From: a virus
Lineage: Duplodnaviria > Caudoviricetes
Strand: one strand, 5' to 3'
DNA length: 33,026 nt
IMG/VR virus record: IMGVR_UViG_3300012933_000262
Coordinates: 1-33,026 of that record
In this document: positions 17,665 to 24,809 of the stretch, piece after piece
Position numbering within the stretch: the first letter of the stretch is position 1
Layout: every line of letters starts with the position of its first letter
Translations under genes and position numbers: made by a program
Notes under the pieces: generated by a model
Seen by the model: the letters and a program-made list of their open reading frames with translations, nothing else
What the model was told of the DNA's origin: nothing
Databases searched by the model: none

Positions 17665-18348
17665 ATGAATACTACAAAACATAACACAGATACTAGACCA
17701 GTACATTTATATTTTCATAGAAACATAGCTGAGTTAGGGCCATATACAGAGGGCATGGATGAAGACATTGCATCCATGGAAAGACAGATTATAGTATGTT
17801 CTAATTGGAGTGAGTTAGCAAGCACATTGACACTTCAACCCAAATCTATTGCTTTTGATGAGACTGAATTTAGACACACCTCAGCCATTGAGATATTAAA
17901 TATGGTAAGAACACTTGCGAAACTAGTTGACATGGACCCGCAGAAGATAGCTATCGCTGTTACAATAAGCAAGAATACACCACTGTCAACTATCAAAGAA
18001 TTACAGAGAAGCGGCATATTAGGAATTATCCCGAATCATGGTGCATTTGGCTGGGTTGAGGCTAAGAAATCTATCTTAGCTTTATGGGCTAATATTCCCT
18101 ACTGGCCTAAACATATCCTTGATGAATTGCCGGGCGCAGTAAAAAAGGCACAAACTAAGCCAGGTGAAATCAAACTAACTCATAGACAAGAACAAATACT
18201 CAATCTAATCAAAGAACGAGGAGCTAGTAACAAAGTCATTGCAAAGACACTAAACATTACCGAGAGTACAGTTAAGTTACATGTAGGTTTGGTTCTTAAA
18301 AAGTTTGGCGTAAAGAATAGAACTCAGTTGGCACTTTTTAGTAGATGA
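17665..18348 (+). CDS. NarL/LuxR-family HTH transcriptional regulator with atypical receiver-like N-terminus
   Basis: C-terminal LTHRQEQILNLIKERGASNKVIAKTLNITESTVKLHVGLVLKKFGVKNRTQLA. The ATG at 17665 gives 227 aa, a typical size. The frame is also open from 17461. Confidence 0.85.
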   Translation: MNTTKHNTDTRPVHLYFHRNIAELGPYTEGMDEDIASMERQIIVCSNWSELASTLTLQPKSIAFDETEFRHTSAIEILNMVRTLAKLVDMDPQKIAIAVTISKNTPLSTIKELQRSGILGIIPNHGAFGWVEAKKSILALWANIPYWPKHILDELPGAVKKAQTKPGEIKLTHRQEQILNLIKERGASNKVIAKTLNITESTVKLHVGLVLKKFGVKNRTQLALFSR

Positions 18349-18364
18349 AAGTCCTGTTTTTAAT

Positions 18365-18392
18365 ATAGCTCACTTAGGTGGGCTATTTTTTT
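18365..18392 (+). terminator. Intrinsic terminator
   Basis: ATAGCTCAC-TTAG-GTGGGCTAT followed by a T-run. Confidence 0.85.
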
Positions 18393-18402
18393 GGCTGTTC
18401 TC

Positions 18403-18432
18403 AAGTACAGGTTGTACTTAGTAAGTACAGGT
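18403..18432 (+). promoter_or_regulatory. Operator-like repeats (AAGTACAGGT twice plus inverted TGTACTT)
   Basis: Direct repeats at 18403 and 18423 (20 bp apart), inverted half-site at 18413-18419, upstream of TAAGTA at 18450. Confidence 0.6.
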
Positions 18433-18481
18433 CCGCATGATTCTCATCGTAAGTAATAGTAGTACTACTTAAGGAGCCAAC

Positions 18482-19084
18482 ATGTACCAGATTATAACAT
18501 ATTATTACGAAGATGAAGAAAAGATTGCAGAGTTATACTCTGAATCAAAAAATTTATGGAGTGAACATCTTTGTTACACAAGAAGCGCAATTGTCAGCTT
18601 GTTAAACGGAACTAAAGACATTGACGCAGTATCAGACAGACTAATGACTAACCAAGAAGAAATCGCTGAATTATTATTTCCGTACTATGACAGAAATGAC
18701 GTTGAGGCATTTACCGCAGTGTTAAAAGAGCATATCATTTTAGCAGTTACATTAGTTAACAAAATCAAAGCAGGCGAAGCTACCGAAGAAGCTACTCAAG
18801 CATGGTATGATAACGGCGACAAGATGCTGACTTGGATGGAGAATGAAAATTCATACTACTGGTCACGCATTGTTACACAACCATTATGGAACGACCACTT
18901 AAAGTACACAATGGATGAAGTAACTAATCGCATGAAAGAAGATTGGGTAGCTGATATTCAATCAATTGACTACAATAGAGAATGCATGACTAGATGGGCT
19001 GAGTTATATGCAACTGGCATAGTGTACAACAACATGGAGTCTTTCTCTAAAGACAAGACTAGTGCATTGAAACCAAAGAAATAA
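18482..19084 (+). CDS. All-helical protein with repeated WxEH/LxEH/WxDH motifs (possible metal-binding helix bundle)
   Basis: LWSEHLCYTR, RLMTNQEEI, LKEHI, WYDNGD, LWNDHL; AAGGAG SD. Confidence 0.7.
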   Translation: MYQIITYYYEDEEKIAELYSESKNLWSEHLCYTRSAIVSLLNGTKDIDAVSDRLMTNQEEIAELLFPYYDRNDVEAFTAVLKEHIILAVTLVNKIKAGEATEEATQAWYDNGDKMLTWMENENSYYWSRIVTQPLWNDHLKYTMDEVTNRMKEDWVADIQSIDYNRECMTRWAELYATGIVYNNMESFSKDKTSALKPKK

Positions 19085-19211
19085 ACTGAAGTATTCATTG
19101 CACTATCGTACAGTGAATTTCAAAGAAATTGCAGGTAAGTAAAATTGAAAGAGACACACTAGTGAAGGGTCACTAGTAGAAAAGATTCTTTCTTAATTAA
19201 GGAAAATTAAA

Positions 19212-20033
19212 ATGGACGTAAGTACAACAACAGGAGGCGGTGACCTTCTAACAGGCGGCGGCTTAGGCGGCACAGGTGGTGGTCTAATCGGCGGTATCAT
19301 CTTGGGCGCATTGCTAGGTAATGGCGGCGGTTTGTTCGGCGGACGCGGTGCAGCAGCGGCTGATACAGCATTGCTACGCAACCCACCAGAACAAAACCAA
19401 GCTAACATGGACTTGATGGCAGCTATCGGTGGCGTTGATAAAGAAGTAGCAGTTAACATGGCAGCTATGGAAGCAGCAACAGCAGCACAAACAGCATCAA
19501 TCAATGGTTCATTGAACAGTGTAGCATCATCATTGGCAACTCGTGTAGACGGTGTTAAAGATGTTATGAACACAAACAACATTGCTACTATGCAGCAATT
19601 CAACGCATTGGATAAGTCACAGACACAAAATTCAATCGCATTGATGCAGCAATTGAACCAAGTTAATACTAACTTGTTGCAAGCACAAAATGCAATTCAA
19701 ACTACAGTAACCACTGATGGCGACAGAACTCGCTCATTGATTACTGCTCAGTACGAAGCTAACCTACAACGAGAGTTAGCTGTCGCACAGAATGAAATCA
19801 CTGAATTGCGCGGCGACCGTCGCTTGGCTGAAGTTTCACGCGGTATTGAAGTTACTACAACTAACAACATTAACCAAATGCAATCTCAACAACAGCAACA
19901 ACAGCAATATGGTCAGTTGACAAACCTTATCTGGGGTTTGCAACAAAGCATTCGTTCTAACAACGAAGCAATCAACGTTGGATCAGGTACGCTAACAGCT
20001 AACCCAACTAACACAAATACTAACATTCGTTAA
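19212..20033 (+). CDS. Gly-rich hydrophobic N-terminus plus N/Q-rich coiled-coil protein
   Basis: GGGLGGTGGGLIGGIILGALLGNGGGLFGG, long heptad region, DGDRTRSLI, poly-Q, Asn/Thr-rich tail; AAGGA SD. Confidence 0.85.
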   Translation: MDVSTTTGGGDLLTGGGLGGTGGGLIGGIILGALLGNGGGLFGGRGAAAADTALLRNPPEQNQANMDLMAAIGGVDKEVAVNMAAMEAATAAQTASINGSLNSVASSLATRVDGVKDVMNTNNIATMQQFNALDKSQTQNSIALMQQLNQVNTNLLQAQNAIQTTVTTDGDRTRSLITAQYEANLQRELAVAQNEITELRGDRRLAEVSRGIEVTTTNNINQMQSQQQQQQQYGQLTNLIWGLQQSIRSNNEAINVGSGTLTANPTNTNTNIR

Positions 20034-20045
20034 TATTTGATAACT

Positions 20046-20076
20046 AACATCCGGGGCACAACTCCGGATGTTTTTT
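20046..20076 (+). terminator. Intrinsic terminator or attenuator after the coiled-coil gene
   Basis: AACATCCGGGG-CACAA-CTCCGGATGTTTTTT. Confidence 0.8.
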
Positions 20077-20086
20077 GGAGAACATC

Positions 20087-20563
20087 ATGGACCAAATACA
20101 ATCAATACAACCGCTGGCTTCTTTCTTGCCTATCCCTACAACGTTGCCTATCTATCCGATGCAACGTCAATCACAACAGCAACAACAGGGGTTTCTTCCA
20201 GTCACACCTGTTTTTGATGACAGTGATTCATTCAGCTCATCTATTGTAAATGTTACTAATAACGCATTCTCAGGAGTCTTTCCTGTCATCGTAGTTACTA
20301 CAAGTCCGTATCTTGCAACATCAAGTGACACATTCATTGGTGTTAACAATACTGGACTAGTACCATTCTCGGTGGTATTACCTGCTAACCCAGTTACCGG
20401 TAAGTTCTACTTCATCAAAGATGTATCTGGTACCGCGGCTTTGCATAACATCACAGTTACAGCAGTTGGTCACACTATTGATGGTTCAGCCAGCGCACTC
20501 ATCAACACAAATTACGGTAGCATCACTTTAGTCTTCAACGGCGTACAGTGGAGCATCGTGTAA
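20087..20563 (+). CDS. Beta-rich fibre-like protein 1 (C-terminal domain resembling T4 gp9/gp10-type beta-sandwich)
   Basis: GGAG SD; VVLPA..GKFYFIKD..G....ITV...GHTIDG....INTNYGSITLVFNGVQWSIV. Confidence 0.7.
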   Translation: MDQIQSIQPLASFLPIPTTLPIYPMQRQSQQQQQGFLPVTPVFDDSDSFSSSIVNVTNNAFSGVFPVIVVTTSPYLATSSDTFIGVNNTGLVPFSVVLPANPVTGKFYFIKDVSGTAALHNITVTAVGHTIDGSASALINTNYGSITLVFNGVQWSIV

Positions 20564-20585
20564 ACATAACTTAAAAGGAAATTAT

Positions 20586-20984
20586 ATGTCATATACAAAC
20601 AACCCAACTTCAATACTTGCTGGATCAGGTATTACAATCGCACCTACCACAGGTACAGGTGCAAACACAATCACTATTAGTGCATCGGGTACACAAATCT
20701 TAGCAGTGCGTACAGCAGTTGCTACACCGGTCACAGTAACAACAGGTGACGAAGTAGTAAGCGTAGAAGTGCCAGGCCCAGTTGCCGTAGCAGTTACATT
20801 ACCATTAGGTGTCACTGGTCAAGTATTCAACATCAAAGATGGTTTAGGTCTTGCAAGTCCTGCAACTCCTATTACTATAACACCGGCTGCCGGTACTATT
20901 GATGGAACCGCTACTGCGACTATTGACGCACCATACGGATCATTAACTTTCGTGTTCGCAAGTACCGAGTGGAAGATTCTCTAA
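20586..20984 (+). CDS. Beta-rich fibre-like protein 2 (paralog)
   Basis: AGSGITI shaft-like repeat; VTLPLGVTGQVFNIKDG...GTIDG...YGSLTFVFASTEWKIL. Confidence 0.75.
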   Translation: MSYTNNPTSILAGSGITIAPTTGTGANTITISASGTQILAVRTAVATPVTVTTGDEVVSVEVPGPVAVAVTLPLGVTGQVFNIKDGLGLASPATPITITPAAGTIDGTATATIDAPYGSLTFVFASTEWKIL

Positions 20985-20987
20985 TAT

Positions 20988-21458
20988 ATGTCATACAGTA
21001 GACCACCCAATGTTATTGTAGCTGGTGTGGGGTTAGTTCAAACCCCAGCACCAAGTACAGTTGCGCCTGCAGGCATCGTGCCGGTGCAAGTAGACGCAGC
21101 TATTGCAACTACATCTACAGTAGGTGTAGTTCAAGTAGGTAGTGGACTCACCGTTACACCTCAAGGATTATTGTCTGCTACTGGTGGTAGCTCTATCATT
21201 GTAAATGTAACACTAACCTCAGTAAACTACACTGCACTAGCTACTGATTATTACATAGGAGCCACAAAGCATGGGATTACAATCACACTTCCATTAGGTA
21301 TACTAGGAAAAGTGTACTACATCAAGAATCAAATTAATGGAAGTATTACATTAAAAGGTTCAGGTGGGCAAACAATTAATAACAGTTCTAGTAAAACACT
21401 AGGTGATGAAGACGGCTTAATCGTAGTGTTTGATGGTTCTCGTTGGAACGTTATTTAA
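20988..21458 (+). CDS. Beta-rich fibre-like protein 3 (paralog)
   Basis: VQVGSGLTVTPQGLLSA (triple-beta-spiral-like); ITLPLGILGKVYYIKN...GQTINN...VVFDGSRWNVI. Confidence 0.75.
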   Translation: MSYSRPPNVIVAGVGLVQTPAPSTVAPAGIVPVQVDAAIATTSTVGVVQVGSGLTVTPQGLLSATGGSSIIVNVTLTSVNYTALATDYYIGATKHGITITLPLGILGKVYYIKNQINGSITLKGSGGQTINNSSSKTLGDEDGLIVVFDGSRWNVI

Positions 21459-21467
21459 GGTTGTGAT

Positions 21468-21851
21468 ATGGTGGAGAAGAAAGATAATCCATCTAATGTG
21501 GAGTTATTGAAAGTAGCAAAGGATCTCGTTTTTTCTGAATACGCTACTAAGAAAAACGACATTCACGAAAAGTGGGTGTTAGAATCCTTATATCTTTGGC
21601 AGACTCAACAAACTAGATTGGCATATCCAGAACTTCCACCATATCCCACAGATAAAGATATTGTTGATAGAGCAAAGACACTAGTAGAGTTTATTAATAC
21701 ACCTAGACCAGACTTAGGTGATATACCTACAAACAGTATCACAATCAACAACACAAACGTTCAAGAAACAAAGACTGAAAGTAAACCAAAAGAAGGCTTA
21801 CTCGACAAGATACTTAAAATTTTTAATATATTCGGAGGCAAAAATGCGTAA
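21468..21851 (+). CDS. Hypothetical protein, paralog of 22121-22390
   Basis: ELLKVAKDLVFSEY...W...PPYPTDKDIVDRAKTLVEFIN. Confidence 0.75.
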   Translation: MVEKKDNPSNVELLKVAKDLVFSEYATKKNDIHEKWVLESLYLWQTQQTRLAYPELPPYPTDKDIVDRAKTLVEFINTPRPDLGDIPTNSITINNTNVQETKTESKPKEGLLDKILKIFNIFGGKNA

Positions 21852-22095
21852 AGTAACAACAAGCACAATCACGGAAGAATACATGCACCCTGCAGGAACA
21901 GTACACATGTCGATATCGTTATTGACTAGATTGTTTGAATGGGCAAAGAATGAATCTATTGACGACATTCATATACATAAAATTGTTGAACTTATCGCCG
22001 AACATTCTAATAGCGGAAGACTATTGACTATGGACGATTATACGTTGCTGGTTCCTACTGTACTTGTGCCCACAAAGGATATGATATCAAAATAA
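21844..22095 (+). CDS. Hypothetical protein (83 aa)
   Basis: GGAGG SD before the ATG at 21844; MSISLLTRLFEWAK...LLTMDDY. Confidence 0.7.
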   Translation: MRKVTTSTITEEYMHPAGTVHMSISLLTRLFEWAKNESIDDIHIHKIVELIAEHSNSGRLLTMDDYTLLVPTVLVPTKDMISK

Positions 22096-22118
22096 AACCC
22101 GGGAGACCCGGGTTTCTT
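22094..22118. terminator. Hairpin between convergent genes (bidirectional terminator)
   Basis: AAACCCGGG-AGA-CCCGGGTTT. Confidence 0.75.
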
Positions 22119-22120
22119 AA

Positions 22121-22390
22121 TTACTTCTTAGTAGACTGATTTACAAAGCCATACATTTTTTCTGCGGCTTCTAAAATCTTATCTAGTCCCGGAAACTCGG
22201 GCATTGCTACTGTAGTTGTTACTTGACCAGTACGTTCATCTCTCAATGCTGTGATTTCCCAACCATGCATCTTAACTTGATAGTCTTGCATGACTACTTC
22301 CTTAGCCATTGCTAGAACGTCAGCACGAATCTCGTAGCCGTTTTTGTTGAATTTAACTTCTGGTAGTTTTGGTGTTTCGAAATTTGACAT
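22121..22390 (-). CDS. Hypothetical protein, paralog of 21468-21851
   Basis: AGGAG SD before the ATG at 22390; GYEIRADVLAMAKEVVMQDY...W...PEFPGLDKILEAAEKMYGFVN. Confidence 0.75.
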   Translation of the reverse strand: MSNFETPKLPEVKFNKNGYEIRADVLAMAKEVVMQDYQVKMHGWEITALRDERTGQVTTTVAMPEFPGLDKILEAAEKMYGFVNQSTKK

Positions 22391-22434
22391 GTGTATCTCC
22401 TGTGTGTGTATTATGTCTGATTGTCTTAGACAAG

Positions 22435-23013
22435 TCAATCTATTTGGTGAGACGGATTCAACCATAGACTTGCAAGTTTACCTCGTAGTCTATTAATCTC
22501 TCTTACAATCTCATCCTGCTCTTTGAACAACTGTGTGCTCACTTCTACAATGTTAGGCTCCGGTACTTCGATTGCCGCAGTACGTTCACCGTCACCTCGT
22601 TCTTTAGTCTTCAACTCATGCTTTGTGGCAAGATGTTGAATGACTTTGTTGTTTTCAATGCAGTGCATGTAAACTTCTGGAATGTGATGGAACTTAGCCC
22701 ATGTTAACATTTCTGTAAGTAGTTTATCTGCGATGCCTTGACGCTGAAACTCTTTATCAACTGATACTGCAAGTTCCCAAGAACCATCACTGTTCTTTGC
22801 CATATGCCCCCAACCAACACGACCCGTATCAGTCCTAGCATACCACAATTCGTGGTCTTTAGGGTGATAGCACATGTTTAACACCAATTGGTCAATATTA
22901 TAATCACTAGCTGGATGACCGAAGCGTGAGTAACGATCCTCATTGTCCAGTGATTTCAAATGCCTGGCATAGTCACTAATCTTATAGATGTTAGTGTGGA
23001 CGTATGTAATCAT
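22435..23013 (-). CDS. GNAT family N-acetyltransferase
   Basis: ELAVSVDKEFQRQGIADKL (motif A); ENNKVIQHLATKH; RHLKSLDNEDRYSRFG. Confidence 0.88.
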   Translation of the reverse strand: MITYVHTNIYKISDYARHLKSLDNEDRYSRFGHPASDYNIDQLVLNMCYHPKDHELWYARTDTGRVGWGHMAKNSDGSWELAVSVDKEFQRQGIADKLLTEMLTWAKFHHIPEVYMHCIENNKVIQHLATKHELKTKERGDGERTAAIEVPEPNIVEVSTQLFKEQDEIVREINRLRGKLASLWLNPSHQID

Positions 23014-23183
23014 GAGCCTTTAGTGCCTTGATTAGCTTTGTATTTCTTGATATCTTGAATTGCTTCTAAGATACACTGAAAAGTTTCCTTAACAGTGTAA
23101 CCATATTCAATCATCAATGCAAGAAAGATGCCGATAAAAGCTACGAAGGCTAGTGCAACTATCCCGTAGAAAATATCTAACAT
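23010..23183 (-). CDS. Small membrane protein (57 aa, not in ORF track)
   Basis: MLDIFYGIVALAFVAFIGIFLALMIEYGY...; overlaps both neighbours. Confidence 0.6.
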   Translation of the reverse strand: MLDIFYGIVALAFVAFIGIFLALMIEYGYTVKETFQCILEAIQDIKKYKANQGTKGS

Positions 23184-23464
23184 TACTTAGCCTTCTTTGC
23201 TGGCTTAGCGCAACTAGCAGTTGGGAAGAAAGATTGCAATGTCTCTGAGAACTTGATGTACGGAGTACGGTCAGTGAAAGTCTCAGTAACTTTTGTGAAA
23301 GCTACAGTACCTGCAGTGATTGCATCTTTTGTGTAACTAGCTTGTGCGTCAATGAAACCGTTTAGTGCTTCTTTGACTTGTGCTTGAGGTACGAATGTAG
23401 AAACGAATTGTTTCTTAGCTGACTGAACCGAATCAACGGCTTGGAATGCGAAAGTGTTAATCAT
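23183..23464 (-). CDS. Small amphipathic helical protein (phasin-like?)
   Basis: AVDSVQSAKKQFVSTFV...LNGFIDAQASYTK, AKPAKKAK tail; AGGAG SD; CATAAATA at 23520-23527. The family call is tentative. Confidence 0.55.
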   Translation of the reverse strand: MINTFAFQAVDSVQSAKKQFVSTFVPQAQVKEALNGFIDAQASYTKDAITAGTVAFTKVTETFTDRTPYIKFSETLQSFFPTASCAKPAKKAK

Positions 23465-23530
23465 AATTTTCTCCTGTGTGTGTATGATTTGAGTTTTTAA
23501 GTAGAACTCTAACTACTTTTATTTATGCTA

Positions 23531-23800
23531 TTAAAACACGGTTTCTCTATATTTCTGTAGAGCTTTCTCTCTAATCAACGCTAACCGAATAGCTACGTAA
23601 TCAGAGACACCGTCATCATTAAATGGTTTAGATAGTTTCGGGCGACCATACCCACGTTGTAGGTCTAGTTCTTCTGGTCCTGCTGGACCATAGTCCTCAT
23701 CGTCTAAATCACTTAGCTTTTTTATCAGCGGCTTTTTTGTCGCTTTTTTGACTTTTGGTGGCGTCCACCTTCTTGTCCTTAGAATGGTCTTTCTTCTTGG
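23531..23800 (-). other. Open frame (89 codons) lacking ATG/GTG/TTG, overlapping the upstream gene in the +1 frame
   Basis: ...KKLSDLDDEDYGPAGPEELDLQRGYGRPKLSKPFNDDGVSDYVAIRLALIREKALQKYRETVF*. Confidence 0.5.
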
Positions 23801-23891
23801 CTAACTTAACACCGTGTTCAGTGACAGTAGGTTCGTTAGCATAAGCTGTGAAAGCGAAAGCGGCTAAAATGATTGCGAGTAGTTGTTTCAT
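23709..23891 (-). CDS. Small secreted Lys-rich protein
   Basis: Signal peptide ending AYA; AAGGAG SD; CTAAATA upstream at about 23927-23933. Confidence 0.75.
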   Translation of the reverse strand: MKQLLAIILAAFAFTAYANEPTVTEHGVKLAKKKDHSKDKKVDATKSQKSDKKAADKKAK

Positions 23892-23954
23892 AAAAATCTC
23901 CTTATATATACAACGTTTTATAAGAGTATTTAGTTGACTAACGTACCCAGTTGT

Positions 23955-24338
23955 TTACCCTTTTGTTCTCACTGATTTGAGATATGTGTCTAAATCTCCG
24001 TATAGATTTAACATCATACTGATTCGGTCATCATATAACCGAATATACGGCTTCTTGTTCTCTACGTGTACGTCAATGTAATAAGGGCACTTGATTTTCT
24101 TACCAAGTTCCATGATGAACTGATAGTAACTCTTGTCTTTTGTTACAATGGGATGGTCGTGATACTCTATCTTAGCATGACGGAAATTTAAATCGCCGAT
24201 TAAAGTGAGGCGCATAAGTTCGTCACGTCGGGGATTTTGCCACCATGTTTTCATGGCATGTTGAAACGTTATTACATCATCATCCAACTGTTCTAAAACA
24301 GATTGAGTGATTTGTTCTTTGTACGTTAACTTAGTCAT
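23955..24338 (-). CDS. Hypothetical phage protein
   Basis: Operon-like overlap; WWQNPR...RLTLIG...CPYYI. Confidence 0.75.
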   Translation of the reverse strand: MTKLTYKEQITQSVLEQLDDDVITFQHAMKTWWQNPRRDELMRLTLIGDLNFRHAKIEYHDHPIVTKDKSYYQFIMELGKKIKCPYYIDVHVENKKPYIRLYDDRISMMLNLYGDLDTYLKSVRTKG

Positions 24339-24624
24339 CTGGATAAACTTTAGTGCCGTTGTTCATAAACACAACACTGAATTTATCCGTTTTGAATTGT
24401 TTGTTTAGTTTACGACACAGGTTACGAGCATGACCCGGGTTGCTAAAACTAGTTTTTTTATATTTAGGAATAGCTTCACTATCTAGGTAATGCTGACTCT
24501 TTAAGTTGATTGGTTGCCCGTCATAAAACACAGCCCATATACCTGCAGCCTCTACGATTTGGTCGCATTTATATGTTTCCTTGTCTACTAGTTCAATAAG
24601 AACTTTTGGTTGTGTTCTACTCAT
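24331..24624 (-). CDS. Conserved hypothetical phage protein
   Basis: IWAVFYDGQPINLK...PKYKKTSFSNPGHARNL. Confidence 0.8.
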   Translation of the reverse strand: MSRTQPKVLIELVDKETYKCDQIVEAAGIWAVFYDGQPINLKSQHYLDSEAIPKYKKTSFSNPGHARNLCRKLNKQFKTDKFSVVFMNNGTKVYPDD

Positions 24625-24809
24625 TTAAACTTACCACCTTGCATGACGACTTCGACTACATCAGAATTAGTTTTTTGATTGTTGTCGATAATTAATTTCA
24701 TTATTTCATCACGCAAGGCTTTTGCATCGGATAACAGCATCGATACTTCTCTAGCTTGCTTTCCGTCTGCTATTGCAACACGGTCAATGAACTTTTTAAT
24801 GTTAGTCAT
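24621..24809 (-). CDS. Hypothetical protein
   Basis: CATAAATA 4 nt before the ATG; C-terminal VVMQGGKF. Confidence 0.7.
   Translation of the reverse strand: MTNIKKFIDRVAIADGKQAREVSMLLSDAKALRDEIMKLIIDNNQKTNSDVVEVVMQGGKFK

Noticed and set aside
18482-19084. Enzyme names such as kinase or glycosyltransferase for this protein
   Set aside because: No nucleotide-binding or Rossmann motifs are visible, and the sequence appears all-helical.
19157-19177. CACTAGT...CACTAGT repeat in the leader of the coiled-coil gene
   Set aside because: It could form a 5' stabilising hairpin, but it is too short to assign a function separately.
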